DNA from: Bugula neritina
Lineage: Eukaryota > Animalia > Bryozoa
Reading direction: 5' to 3'
DNA length: 64,000 nucleotides
NCBI GenBank assembly: GCA_964035545.1
Contig: OZ037768.1
Coordinates: 14,641,675 to 14,705,674 of the forward strand
The notes under the pieces were generated by a model. The model saw only the letters and a program-made list of their open reading frames with translations, was not told where the DNA came from and searched no databases. This document shows positions 1 to 17,129 of this stretch, piece after piece. Both the position numbers and the translations under genes were made by a program. Each line of letters begins with the position of its first letter. Position 1 is the first letter of the stretch.

Positions 1-3000
1 AACACATTGGAATATACTGCAACATACCGAAATATATGGTAACCCCACTGAATTATGTTACAAACTACTGAAATATACTGCAATATACTGCGACACATTG
101 AAATATACTGCAACATACTGAAAGTTACTGCAACATACTGGATTATACTGTGGCCTACTGAATCACATTGTAACATTTTGAAATATGATGTAACACACTG
201 AAACATACTGCGACATACTGAAAATTACCGGAACATACTGGAATAAACAGAGACACGCTAAATTTTTATGCAACATATTGAGAGATACTGCAATATACCG
301 AAGTATACTGTAACATATTGAAATATGCTGTAGCATACCTAACCACACTGCAACATACTGCACCCTACTGAAGCACACTGCCAAACTTTGAAATATACTG
401 CAACATACCGAAATATATGGTAACCTACTGAAAAATGTTGCAAACCACTGAAACATACTGCAACAAACTGCAACAAAATGAAATATACTGTAACACACTG
501 AAACATACTGCAAAATACTGAAATATACTGTAACATACTAAAACATACTGCGACATACTGAAATATAATACAACATACCGAATTACACTCCAACATACTG
601 AAATAAACTTCAACATACTGAAATATACCTAAAAACAATGAAACATACTGAAATACACTGTAAGATACTGAAATACACTGCACCACATTAAAATATACTG
701 CAACATACCAAAAAATATGGTAACCTACTGAAATATGTTACAAACTACTGAAACATACTGCAACATACTGCAACATAATGAAATATACTGCAACATACTG
801 AAAGATACTCCTAGATACTGCAACATACTGAAATACATTGTAAGAGACTGAAATACACTGCAACATACTGCATTATACTGCAACATACTGCAACATATTG
901 AAATACACCGTAACATATTGAAAAACACTGCAACACATTGAAATATACTGCAACATACTGAAACATACGGCAACATACTGAAATATACTGCGACACATTG
1001 AAATATACTGCAACATACTGTAATATGCTGTAGCATACTGAAATACACTGCAACACACTGAAATATACTGTAATATACAGAATATTACTGTAACATACTA
1101 AAACATGCGACAACATATTGAAATATAATGCAACACATTGAAATATACAGCAACATGCCGAAATATATGGTAACCTACTGAAATATGTTGCAAACTACTG
1201 AAACATACTGCAACATCCTGCAACAAAAACGAAATATACTGTAATACACTGAAACATACTGCAAAATACTGAAATTAACTGTAACATACTAAGACATACT
1301 GCAACATACTGATATATAATGCAACATACTGAAATATACTGCAACATACAAAATACAGTGCAACACACTGCAACATACTGAAATATACTGTATCATATTG
1401 AAATACACTGCAACATACTGCATTATACTGCCACATATTGAAATACTCTGTAACATATTGAAAAACACTGCAACACATTGAAATACACTGCAACATACTG
1501 CAACAAACTGAAATACACTGTAACATCTTGAATTACACTGCAACACTTTGAAATATACCGCAACATACCGAAGTATATGGTAGCCTACTGAAATATACTG
1601 TAACACATTGAAATATACTGCAACATACCGAAATACACTGCAACACACTAAAGTATACTGTAATAAACAGAAATGTGCTGTAACATACTGAAACATGCGG
1701 CAACATACTGAAATATACTGCGACACATTGAAATATACTGCAACATACTGAAATGTGGTGTAGCATACTGAAATACACTGCAACACACTGAAGTATGCTG
1801 TAATATACAGAAATGTACTGTAAAACACTGAAATATATTTCAACATACAGAAAACTACCTAAAAGTCTTGAAACATACTGAAATACACTGTAACATACTG
1901 AAATACACTGCAACACATTGGAATATACTGCAACATACCGAAATATATGGTAACCCCACTGAATTATGTTACAAACTACTGAAATATACTGCAATATACT
2001 GCGACACATTGAAATATACTGCAACATACTAAAAGTTACTGCAACATACTGGATTATACTGTGGCCTACTGAATCACATTGTAACATTTTGAAATATGAT
2101 GTAACACACTGAAACATACTGCGACATACTGAAAATTACCGGAACATACTGGAATAAACAGAGACACGCTAAAATTTTATGCAACATATTGAGAGATGCT
2201 GCAATATACCGAAGTATACTGTAACATATTGAAATATGCTGTAGCATACTGAACCACACTGCAACATACTGCAGCCTACTGAAGTACACTGCAAAACTTT
2301 GAAATATACTGCAACATACCGAAATATATGGTAACCTACTGAAAAATGTAGCAAACCACTGAAACATACTGCAACAAACTGCAACAAAATGAAATATACT
2401 GTAACACACTGAAACAGACTGCAAAATACTGAAATATACTGTAACATACTAAAACATACTGCGACATACTGAAATATAATACAACATACTGAATTACACT
2501 CCAACATACTGAAATAAACTTCAACATACTGAAATATACCTAAAAACAATGAAATATACGGAAATACACTGTAAGATACTGAAATACACTGCAACACATT
2601 AAAACATACTGCAACATATCAACAAATATGGTAACCTGCTGAAATATGTTACAAACTACTGAAGCATACAGCAACATACTGCAACATAATGAAATACACT
2701 GCAACATACTGAAAGATACTCCTAGATACTGCAACATACTGAAATACATTGTAAGAGACTGAAATACACTGCAACATACTGCATTATACTGCAACATACT
2801 GCAACATATTGAAATACACCGTAACATATTGAAAAACACTGCAACACATTGAAATATACTGCAACATACTGAAACATACGGCAACATACTGAAATATACT
2901 GCGACACATTGAAATATACTGCAACATACTGTAATATGCTGTAGCATACTGAAATACACTGCAACACACTGAAATATACTGTAATATACAGAATATTACT

Positions 3001-3700
3001 GTAACATACTAAAACATGCGACAACATATTGAAATATAATGCAACACATTGAAATATACAGCAACATGCCGAATTATATGGTAACCTCCTGAAATATGTT
3101 GCAAACTACTGAAACATACTGCAACATCCTGCAACAAAACGAAATATACTGTAATACACTGAAACATACTGCAAAATACTGAAATTAACTGTAACATACT
3201 AAGACATACTGCGACATACTGATATATAATGCAACATACTGAAATATACTGCAACATACAAAATACAGTGCAACACACTGCAACATACTGAAATATACTG
3301 TATCATATTGAAATACACTGCAACATACTGCATTATACTGCCACATATTGAAATACTCTGTAACATATTGAAAAACACTGCAACACATTGAAATACACTG
3401 CAACATACTGCAACAAACTGAAATACACTGTAACATCTTGAATTACACTGCAACACTTTGAAATATACCGCAACATACCGAAGTATATGGTAGCCTACTG
3501 AAATATACTGTAACACATTGAAATATACTGCAACATACCGAAATACACTGCAACACACTAAAGTATACTGTAATAAACAGAAATGTGCTGTAACATACTG
3601 AAACATGCGGCAACATATTGAAATATACTGCAACACATTGAAATATACAGCAACATACTGAAATGTGCTGTAGCATACTGAAATACACTGCAACACACTG
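1..3700. repeat. Higher-order repeat, period 1,910-1,911 bp (~2 copies)
   Basis: Position 1 aligns with 1912. Near-identical ORF pairs 163/2074, 811/2722 and 1275/3185. Boundaries approximate. Confidence 0.88.
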
Positions 3701-6700
3701 AACTATACTGTAAAATACAGAAATGTACTGTAAAATACTGAAATATACTTCAACATACTGAAATATACCTAAAATATTGAAACATACTGAAATACGCTGT
3801 AACATACTGACGCATACTGCAAAATACTGAAAATACTGTAACATACTAAGACATACTGCAACATACCGAAGTATATGGTAACCTACTGAAACATGTTGCA
3901 AACGACTGAAATATACTGCAACATACTGCAACATAATGAAGCATACTGCAACATACCGAAATATACTGCAAGATACTGCAACATACTGAAATACATTGTA
4001 AGATACTGAAATACACTGCAACATGCTGCAACATCCTGCAACATATTGAAACACACTGTAACATATTGAAAAACACTGCAACACATTGAAATATACTGCA
4101 ACATACTAAAACATACGGCAACATACTGAAATATACTGCGACACATTGAAATAAACTGCAACATACTGAAATATGCTGTAGCATACTGAATAACACTCCA
4201 ACACACTGAAGTATACTGTAATATACAGAAATGTTATGTAACATACTGAAACATACGTCAACATACTGAAATGTACAGCAACATGCAGAAATATACTGCA
4301 ACATACTGAAATACACTGCAACATACTGAATTACATTGCAACATACTGAAACACACTGCAACACACTAAAGTAAACTGTAATAAACAGAAATGTACTGTG
4401 ACATACTGAAACATGCGGCAATATATTGAAATATACTGCAACACATTGAAATATACTGCAACATACTGAAATGTGGTGTAGCATACTGAAATACACTGCA
4501 ACACACTGAAGTATACTGTAATGTACAGAAATGTATTGTAAAACACTAAAATATATTTCAACATACAGAAAACTACCTAAAAGTATTGAAATATACTGAA
4601 ATACACTGTAACATACTGAAATACACTGCAACACATTGGAATATACCGCAACATACCGAAATATATGGTAACCCCACTGAATTATGTTACAAACTACTGA
4701 AATATACTGCAATATACTGCGACACATTGAAATATACTGCAACATACTGTAATATGCTCTAGCATACTGAAATACACTGCAACACACTGAAGTATACTGT
4801 AATATACAGAATATTACTGTAACATACTGAAACATACGTCAACATACTGAAATGTAGTGCAAGATGCTGAAATATACTGCAACATACTGAAATACACTGT
4901 AACATACTGAATTACACTGCAACATACTGAAATACACTGTAACATATTAAATTACACTGCAACACACTGAAATATACTGAAATATACCGAAATATATGGT
5001 AACCTACTGAAATATGTTGCAAACTACTGAAACATACTGCAACATCCTGCAACAAAACGAAATATACTGTAATACACTGAAACATACTGCATAATACTGA
5101 AACCAACTGTAACATACTAAGACATACTGCAACATACTGATATATAATGCAAAATACTGAAATATACTGCAACATACAAAATACACTGCAACACACTGCA
5201 ACAACCTGAAATATACTGTATCATATTGAAATACACTGCAAGATACTGAAATACACTGTAACCTCTCTAAATTCACTGCAACACATTGAAATATACCGCA
5301 ACATACCGAAGTATATAGTAGCCTACTGAAATATACTGAAATACATTGTAAGATACTGAAATACACTGCAACATACTGCAACATAATGAAATATATAGTA
5401 ACCTACTGAAATATGTTGAAAAGTACCTAAATATACTGCAACATAATGCAACATCATGAAAGATACTGCAACATACTGAAATATACTGCAAGATACTGCA
5501 ACATACTGAAATACACCGTAACATACTGAAATACACTGTAACATATTGAAATACACTGTAACATATTGAAATACACTGCAACATACTGAAATGTGCTGTA
5601 GCATACTGAAACACACTGCAACACACCGAAGTATACTGTAATATACAGAAATGTACTAGAAAACACTAAAATATATTTCAACATACTGAAAACTACCTAA
5701 AAATATTGAAACATACTGAAATACACTGTAACATACTGAAATTCTCTGCAACACATTGGAATATAGTGCAACATACCGAAATATATGGTAACCTACTGAG
5801 ATATGTTACAAACTACTGAAACATACTGCAACATACTGCAACATAATGAAATATACTGCAACATACTGAAAGATACTGCAACATACTGCAACATACTGAA
5901 ATACACTGTAACGTACTGAAATATTCTGCAACATACTGAAATAGACTGCAAGAAACTGTAACCTACTGAAATATATTGTAAGATACTGAAATACACTGCA
6001 ACATACTGCAACATACTGCAGCATATTGAAATACACTGCAACATTTTGCAATACACTGCAACACATTGAAATATAGTGCAAAATACTGAAACATACGGCA
6101 ACATACTGAAATATACTGTAGCATACGGAAATACACTGCAACACACTGAAGTATACTGCAACATACTGAAATATATGGTAACCTACTGAAATATGTTACA
6201 AACTACTGAAATATACTTCAAAATACTGAAATATACCTAAAAATATTGAAATATACAGAAATACACTGTAACATATTGAAATACACTGCAACACCATGAA
6301 ATATACCGCAACACATTGAAATATACTGCAACATAGCGAAATACTCTGCATCACACTGAAGTATAACGTAATATACAGAAATGTACTGTAACATACTGAA
6401 ACCTACGTCAACAAACTGAAAGATACTGCAACATACTGAATTATACTGTGGCCTACTGAAACACATTGTAACATTTTGAAATATGATGTAATACACCGAA
6501 ACATAGTGCAACATACTGAAATTTACCGGAACATGCTGGAATAAACTGTGACACACTAAATTATTATGCAGCAGACTGAAAGACACCGCAACATACTGAA
6601 ATATACTGAGACACAATGAAATATACTGCAGCACACTGAAATAGGCCGCAGCATACTGAAATACACTGCAACACACTGAAGTATACTGTAATACACAGAT

Positions 6701-8264
6701 ATGTACTGTCCCATACTGAAACATACGTCAACATACTGAAATGTACTGCAACATACTGAAATATACTGCAACTTACTGAAATACACTGTAACATACTGAA
6801 ATACACTGCAACACACTAAAGTAAACCGTAATAAACAGAAATGTACTGCGACATACTGAAACATGCGGCAATATATTGAAATATACTGCAACACATTGAA
6901 ATATACTGCAACATACTGAAATGTGGTGTAGCATACTGAAGTACACTGCAACACACTGAAGTATACTGTAATATACAGAAATGTACTGTAAAACACTGAA
7001 ATATATTTCAACATACAGAAAACTACCTAAAAGTATTGAAAAATACTGAAATACACTGTAACATACTGAAATACACTGCGACACATTGGAATATACTGCA
7101 ACATACCGAAATATATAGTAACCCCACTGAATTATGTTACAAACTACTGAAATATACTGCAATATACTGCGACACATTGAATTATACTGCAACATACTGT
7201 AATATGCTCTAGCATACTGAAATACACTGCAACACACTGAAGTTTACTGTATTATACAGAATATTACTGTAACATACTGAAACATACGTCAACATACTGA
7301 AATGTACTGCAACATGCTGAAATATACTGCAACATACTGAAATACACTGTAACATACTGAATTACACTGCAACATACTGAAATACACTGTAACATATTAA
7401 ATTACACTGCAACACACTGAAATGTACTGTGACACATTCGAATATACTGCAACATACTGAAATATGCTGTAACACATTGAAATATTATACTGCAACAAAC
7501 TGAAACACACTGCAATACACTAAAGTATACTGTAACATACAAAAATTTACTGTAACATACTGAAACATGCCGCAGCATTTATAATATACAGCAACACATT
7601 GCAATAGACCGACACATACTGAAATGTGCTGTAGCATACTGAAATACACTGCAACACACTGAAGTTTACTGTAATGTACAGAAATGTACTAGAAAACACT
7701 GAAATATATTTCAACATACTGAAAACTACCTAAAAATATTGAAACATACTGAAACACACTGCAACATACCGAAATATACGGTAACTTACTGAAATATGTT
7801 ACAAACTATTGAAACATACTGCAACATACTGCAACATAATGAAATATTCTGCAACATACTGAAATAGACTGCAAGAAACTGTAACCTACTGAAATACATT
7901 GTAAGATACTGAAATACACTGCAACATACTGAAACATACTGCAACATACTGTAACATAATGAAATATACTGCAACATACTGAAACAGACTGCAAGATTCT
8001 GCAACATACTGAAATACATTGTAAGATACTGAAATACACTGCAACATGCTGCAACATCCTGCAACATATTGAAACACACTGTAACATATTGAAAAACACT
8101 GCAACACATTGAAATATACTGCAACATACTGAAACATACGGCAACATACTGAAATATACTGCGACACATTGAAATAAACTGCAACATACTGAAATATGCT
8201 GTAGCATACTGAATAACACTGCAACACACTGAAGTATACTGTAATATACAGAAATGTAATGTAA

Positions 8265-11200
8265 CATACTGAAACATACGTCAACATACTGAAATGTACA
8301 GCAACATGCTGAAATATACTGCAACATACTGAAATACACTGCAACATACTGAATTACACAGCAACATACTGAAATACACTGCAACACACTAAAGTAAACT
8401 GTAATAAACAGAAATGTACTGTGACATACTGAAACATGCGGCAATATATCGAAATATACTGCAACACATTGAAATATACTGCAACATACTGAAATGTGGT
8501 GTAGCAAACTGAAATACACTGCAACACACTGAAGTATACTGTAATATACAGAAATGTACTGTAAAACACTGAAATATATTTCAACATACAGAAAACTACC
8601 TAAAAGTATTGAAACATACTGAAATACACTGTAACATACTGAAATACACTGCAACACATTGGAATATACTGCAACATACCGAAATATATGGTAACCCCAC
8701 TGAATTATGTTACAAACTACTGAAATATACTGCAATATACTGCGACACATTGAAATATACTGCAACATACTGAAAGTTACTGCAACATACTGGATTATAC
8801 TGTGGCCTACTGAATCACATTGTAACATTTTGAAATATGATGTAACACACTGAAACATACTGCGACATACTGAAAATTACCGGAACATACTGGAATAAAC
8901 AGAGACACCCTAAAATTTTATGCAACATATTGAGAGATACTGCAATATACCGAAGTATACTGTAACATATTGAAATATGCTGTAGCATACTGAACTACAC
9001 TGCAACATACTGCACCCTACTGAAGTACACTGCAAAACTTTGAAATACACTGCAACATACCGAAATATGTGGTAACCTACTGAAATATGTTGCAAACCAC
9101 TGAAACATACTGCAACATACTGCAACAAAATGAAATATACTGTAACACACAGAAACATACTGCAAAATACTGAAATATACTGTAACATACTAAAACATAC
9201 TGCGACATACTGAAATATAATACAACATACTGAATTACACTCCAACATACTGAAATAAACTTCAACATACTGAAATATACCAAAAAACAATGAAACATAC
9301 TGAAATACACTGTAAGATACTGAAATACACTGCAACACATTAAAATATACTGCAACATATCAACAAATATGGTAACCTACTGAAATATGTTACAAACTAC
9401 TGAAGCATACAGCAACATACTGCAACATAATGAAATACACTGCAACATACTGAAAGATACTGCTAGATACTGCAACATACTGAAATACATTGTAAGAGAC
9501 TGAAATACACTGCAACATACTGCATTATACTGCAACATACTGCAACATATTGAAATACACTGTAACATATTGAAAAACACTGCAACACATTGAAATATAC
9601 TGCAACATACTGAAACATACGGCAACATACTGAAATATACTGCGACACATTGAAATATACTGCAACATACTGTAATATGCTGTAGCATACTGAAATACAC
9701 TGCAACACACTGAAATATACTGTAATATACAGAATATTACTGTAACATACTAAAACATGCGACAACATATTGAAATATAATGCAACACATTGAAATATTC
9801 TGCAACATGCCGAAAAATATGGTAACCTACTGAAATATGTTACAAACTACCGAAACATACTGCAACATACTGCACCATAATGAATTATACTGCAACATAC
9901 TGAAAGATACTGCAACATACTGCAACATACTGAAACACACTGTAGAATACTGAAATATACTGCAACATACTGAAATATACCGCAAGATACTGCAACACAC
10001 TGAAATACATTGTAAGATACCTAAATACACTGCAACATTCTGCAAGATACTGCAACATATTGAAATACACTGTAACATATTGAAAAACACTGCAACACAT
10101 TGAAATATACCGCAACATACCGAAGTATATGGTAGCCTACTGAAATATACTGCGACATATTGAAATATACTGCAACATACTGAAATATACCTAAAAATAT
10201 TGAAACATACTGAAATACACTGTAACATATTCAAATGCACTGCAACACATTTAAATATACCGCAACATACCGAAATGTATGGTAACCTACTGAAATATGC
10301 TGTAACACATTGAAATATCCTGCAACACATTGAAATATACTGCAACATACTGAAATGTGCTGTAGCATACTGAAATACACTGCAACACACTGAAGTATAC
10401 TGTAATATACAGAAATGTATTGTAAAACACTGAAATATACTTCAACATACTGAAAACTACCTAAAAAAAGTGAAACATACTGAAATACACTGTTACATAC
10501 CGAAATACACTGCAACACATTGGAATATACTGCAACATACCGAAATATATGGTAACCTACTGAAATATGTTACAAACTACTGAAACATACTGCAACATAC
10601 TGCAACATAATGAAATATACTGCAACATACTGAAATATGCTGTAACATACTAAAAGACACTGCAAGATACTGAAACATACTGAAACACATTGTAAGATAC
10701 TGAAATACACTGCAACATACTGCAACATACTGCAACATACTGCAACATACTGAAATACACTGTAACATATTGAAAAACACTGACACACATTGAAATATAC
10801 TGCAACATACTGAAACATACGTCAACATACTGAAATGTACAGCAACATGCTGAAATATACTGCAACATACTGAAATACACTGCAACATACTGAATTACAC
10901 AGCAACATACTGAAATACACTGCAACACACTAAAGTAAACTGTAATAAACAGAAATGTACTGTGACATACTGAAACATGCGGCAATATATTGAAATATAC
11001 TGCAACACATTGAAATATACTGCAACATACTGAAATGTGGTGTAGCAAACTGAAATACACTGCAACACACTGAAGTATACTGTAATATACAGAAATGTAC
11101 TGTAAAACACTGAAATATATTTCAACATACAGAAAACTACCTAAAAGTATTGAAACATACTGAAATACACTGTAACATACTGAAATACACTGCAACACAT

Positions 11201-14200
11201 TGGAATATACTGCAACATACCGAAATATATGGTAACCCCACTGAATTATGTTACAAACTACTGGAATATACTGCAATATACTGTGACACATTGAAATATA
11301 CTGCAACATACTGAAAGTTACTGCAACATACTGGATTATACTGTGGCCTACTGAATCACATTGTAACATTTTGAAATATGATGTAACACACTGAAACATA
11401 CTGCGACATACTGAAAATTACCGGAACATACTGGAATAAACAGAGACACCCTAAAATTTTATGCAACATATTGAGAGATACTGCAATATACCGAAGTATA
11501 CTGTAACATATTGAAATATGCTGTAGCATACTGAACTACACTGCAACATACTGCACCCTACTGAAGTACACTGCAAAACTTTGAAATACACTGCAACATA
11601 CCGAAATATATGGTAACCTACTGAAATATGTTGCAAACCACTGAAACATACTGCAACATACTGCAACAAAATGAAATATACTGTAACACACAGAAACATA
11701 CTGCAAAATACTGAAATATACTGTAACATACTAAATTATACTGCGACATACTGAAATATAATACAACATACTGAATTACACTCCAACATACTGAAATAAA
11801 CTTCAACATACTGAAATATACCTAAAAACAATGAAACATACTGAAATACACTGTAAGATACTGAAATACACTGCAACACATTAAAATATACTGCAACATA
11901 TCAACAAATATGGTAACCTACTGAAATATGTTACAAACTACTGAAGCATACAGCAACATACTGCAACATAATGAAATACACTGCAACATACTGAAAGATA
12001 CTGCTAGATACTGCAACATACTGAAATACATTGTAAGAGACTGAAATACACTGCAACATACTGCATTATACTGCAACATACTGCAACATATTGAAATACA
12101 CTGTAACATATTGAAAAACACTGCAACACATTGAAATATACTGCAACATACTGAAACATACGGCAACATACTGAAATATACTGCGACACATTGAAATATA
12201 CTGCAACATACTGTAATATGCTGTAGCATACTGAAATACACTGCAACACACTGAAATATACTGTAATATACAGAATATTACTGTAACATACTAAAACATG
12301 CGACAACATATTGAAATATAATGCAACACATTGAAATATTCTGCAACATGCCGAAAAATATGGTAACCTACTGAAATATGTTACAAACTACCGAAACATA
12401 CTGCAACATACTGCACCATAATGAATTATACTGCAACATACTGAAAGATACTGCAACATACTGCAACATACTGAAACACACTGTAGAATACTGAAATATA
12501 CTGCAACATACTGAAATATACCGCAAGATACTGCAACACACTGAAATACATTGTAAGATACCTAAATACACTGCAACATTCTGCAAGATACTGCAACATA
12601 TTGAAATACACTGTAACATATTGAAAAACACTGCAACACATTGAAATATACCGCAACATACCGAAGTATATGGTAGCCTACTGAAATATACTGCGACATA
12701 TTGAAATATACTGCAACATACTGAAATATACCTAAAAATATTGAAACATACTGAAATACACTGTAACATATTGAAATGCACTGCAACACATTTAAATATA
12801 CCGCAACATACCGAAATGTATGGTAACCTACTGAAATATGCTGTAACACATTGAAATATCCTGCAACACATTGAAATATACTGCAACATACTGAAATGTG
12901 CTGTAGCATACTGAAATACACTGCAACACACTGAAGTATACTGTAATATACAGAAATGTATTGTAAAACACTGAAATATACTTCAACATACTGAAAACTA
13001 CCTAAAAAAAGTGAAACATACTGAAATACACTGTTACATACCGAAATACACTGCAACACATTGGAATATACTGCAACATACCGAAATATATGGTAACCTA
13101 CTGAAATATGTTACAAACTACTGAAACATACTGCAACATACTGCAACATAATGAAATATACTGCAACATACTGAAATATGCTGTAACATACTGAAAGACA
13201 CTGCAAGATACTGAAACATACTGAAACACATTGTAAGATACTGAAATACACTGCAACATACTGCAACATACTGCAACATACTGCAACATACTGAAATACA
13301 CTGGAACATATTGAAAAACACTGACACACATTGAAATATACTGCAACATACTGAAACATACGTCAACATACTGAAATGTACAGCAACATGCTGAAATATA
13401 CTGCAACATACTGAAATACACTGCAACATACTGAATTACACAGCAACATACTGAAATACACTGCAACACACTAAAGTAAACTGTAATAAACAGAAATGTA
13501 CTGTGACATACTGAAACATGTGGCAATATATTGAAATATACTGCAACACATTGAAATATACTGCAACATACTGAAATGTGGTGTAGCAAACTGAAATACA
13601 CTGCAACACACTGAACTATACTGTAATATACAGAAATGTACTGTAAAACACTGAAATATATTTCAACATACAGAAAACTACCTAAAAGTATTGAAACATA
13701 CTGAAATACGCTGTAACATACTGAAATACACTGCAACACATTGGAATATACTGCAACATACCGAAATATATGGTAACCCCACTGAATTATGTTACAAACT
13801 ACTGAAATATACTGCAATATACTGCGACACATTGAAATATACTGCAACATACTGAAAGTTACTGCAACATACTGGATTATACTGTGGCCTACTGAATCAC
13901 ATTGTAACATTTTGAAATATGATGTAACACACTGAAACATACTGCGACATACTGAAAATTACCGGAACATACTGGAATAAACAGAGACACCCTAAAATTT
14001 TATGCAACATATTGAGAGATACTGCAATATACCGAAGTATACTGTAACATATTGAAATATGCTGTAGCATACTGAACTACACTGCAACATACTGCACCCT
14101 ACTGAAGTACACTGCAAAACTTTGAAATACACTGCAACATACCGAAATATATGGTAACCTACTGAAATATGTTGCAAACCACTGAAACATACTGCAACAT

Positions 14201-15750
14201 ACTGCAACAAAATGAAATATACTGTAACACACAGAAACATACTGCAAAATACTGAAATATACTGTAACATACTAAAACATACTGCGACATACTGAAATAT
14301 AATACAACATACTGAATTACACTCCAACATACTGAAATAAACTTCAACATACTGAAATATACCTAAAAACAATGAAACATACTGAAATACACTGTAAGAT
14401 ACTGAAATACACTGCAACACATTAAAATATACTGCAACATATCAACAAATATGGTAACCTACTGAAATATGTTACAAACTACTGAAGCATACAGCAACAT
14501 ACTGCAACATAATGAAATACACTACAACATACTGAGATACTGCTAGATACTGCAACATACTGAAATACATTGTAAGAGACTGAAATACACTGCAACATAC
14601 TGCATTATACTGCAACATACTGCAACATATTGAAATACACTGTAACATATTGAAAAACACTGCAACACATTGAAATATACTGCAACATACTGAAACATAC
14701 GGCAACATACTGAAATATACTGCGACACATTGAAATATACTGCAACATACTGTAATATGCTGTAGCATACTGAAATACACTGCAACACACTGAAATATAC
14801 TGTAATATACAGAATATTACTGTAACATACTAAAACATGCGACAACATATTGAAATATAATGCAACACATTGAAATATTCTGCAACATGCCGAAAAATAT
14901 GGTAACCTACTGAAATATGTTACAAACTACCGAAACATACTGCAACATACTGCACCATAATGAATTATACTGCAACATACTGAAAGATACTGCAACATAC
15001 TGCAACATACTGAAACACACTGTAGAATACTGAAATATACTGCAACATACTGAAATATACCGCAAGATACTGCAACACACTGAAATACATTGTAAGATAC
15101 CTAAATACACTGCAACATTCTGCAAGATACTGCAACATATTTAAATACACTGTAACATATTGAAAAACACTGCAACACATTGAAATATACCGCAACATAC
15201 CGAAATGTATGGTAACCTACTGAAATATGCTGTAACACATTGAAATATCCTGCAACACATTGAAATATACTGCAACATACTGAAATGTGCTGTAGCATAC
15301 TGAAATACACTGCAACACACTGAAGTATACTGTAATATACAGAAATGTATTGTAAACTACTGAAATATACTTCAACATACTGAAAACTACCTAAAAAAAG
15401 TGAAACATACTGAAATACACTGTTACATACCGAAATACACTGCAACACATTGGAATATACTGCAACATACCGAAATATATGGTAACCTACTGAAATATGT
15501 TACAAACTACTGAAACATACTGCAACATACTACAACATAATGAAATATACTGCAACATACTGAAATATGCTGTAACATACTGAAAGATACTGCAAGATAC
15601 TGAAACATACTGAAACACATTGTAAGATACTGAAATACACTGCAACATACTGCAACATACTGCAACATACTGCAACATACTGAAATACACTGTAACATAT
15701 TGAAAAACACTGACACACATTGAAATATACTGCAACATACTGAAACATAC
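8265..15750. repeat. Higher-order repeat, period 2,541 bp (~3 near-identical copies)
   Basis: ORF sets 8910/11451/13992 and 9827/12368/14907. The third copy has a 2-bp deletion near 14535 and a ~150-bp deletion near 15190. Boundaries approximate. Confidence 0.9.
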
Positions 15751-17129
15751 GGCAACATACTGAAATATACTGCGACACATTGAAATATACTGCAACATAC
15801 TGAAATATGCTGTAGCATACTGAAATACACTGCAACACACTGAAGTATACTGTAATATACAGAACTTTACTGTAACATACTGAAATATACATCAACATAC
15901 TGAAATGTACTGCAACATGCTGAAATATACTGCAACATACTGAAATACACTGTAACATACTGAATTACACTGCAACATTCTGAAATACACTGTTACACAT
16001 TAAAATACACTGCAACACACTGAAATATACTGAAACACACCGAATTATATGGTAACCTACTGAAATATGTTGCAAACTACTGAAACATACTGCCACATCC
16101 TGCAACAAAATGAAATATACTGTAACACACTGAAACATACTGCAAAATACTGAAATTAACTGTGACATACTAAGACATACTGCAACATACTGAAATATAA
16201 TGCAACATACTGAAATATACTCCAACATACTAAAATACACTGCAACACACTGCAACATACTGAAATATACTGTAACATATTGAAATACACTGCAACATAC
16301 TGCAACATATCGAAATACACTGCAACACATTGGAATATTCTGCAACATACCGAAATATATTGTAACCTACTGAATTATGTTACAAACTACTGAAATATAC
16401 TGGAACATACTGCAACATAATGAAATATACTGCAACATACTGAAAGATACTGCAACATACTGCAACATACTGAAGTACACTGCAACACATTGAAATATAC
16501 TGCAACATACCGAAATATATGGTAACCTACGGAAACATGTTGCAAACCACTGAAAAACACTGCAACATACTGCACCATAATGAATTATACTGCAACATAC
16601 TGAAAGATACTGCAACATACTGCAACATACTGAAACACACTGTAGAATACTGAAATATACTGCAACATACTGAAATATACTGCAAGATACTGCAACACAC
16701 TGAAATACATTGTAAGATACCTAAATACACTGCAACATTCTGCAAGATACTGCAACATATTGAAATACACTGTAACATATTGAAAAACACTGCAACACAT
16801 TGAATAATACCGCAACATACCGAAGTATATGGTAGCCTACTGAAATATACTGCGACATATTGAAATATACTGCAACATACTGAAATATATACCTAAAAAT
16901 ATTGAAACATACTGAAATACACTGCAACATACTAAAATATACTGAAAAACACTGTAACATACTGAAATACACTGCAACACACTGAAATACAATGTAATAT
17001 ACAGAAATGTGCTGTAAAATACTGAAATATACTTCAACATACTGAAAAATACCTAAAAATATTGAAACATACTGATATACACTGAAACATACTGAAATAC
17101 ACTGCAACACATTGGAATATACTGCAACA

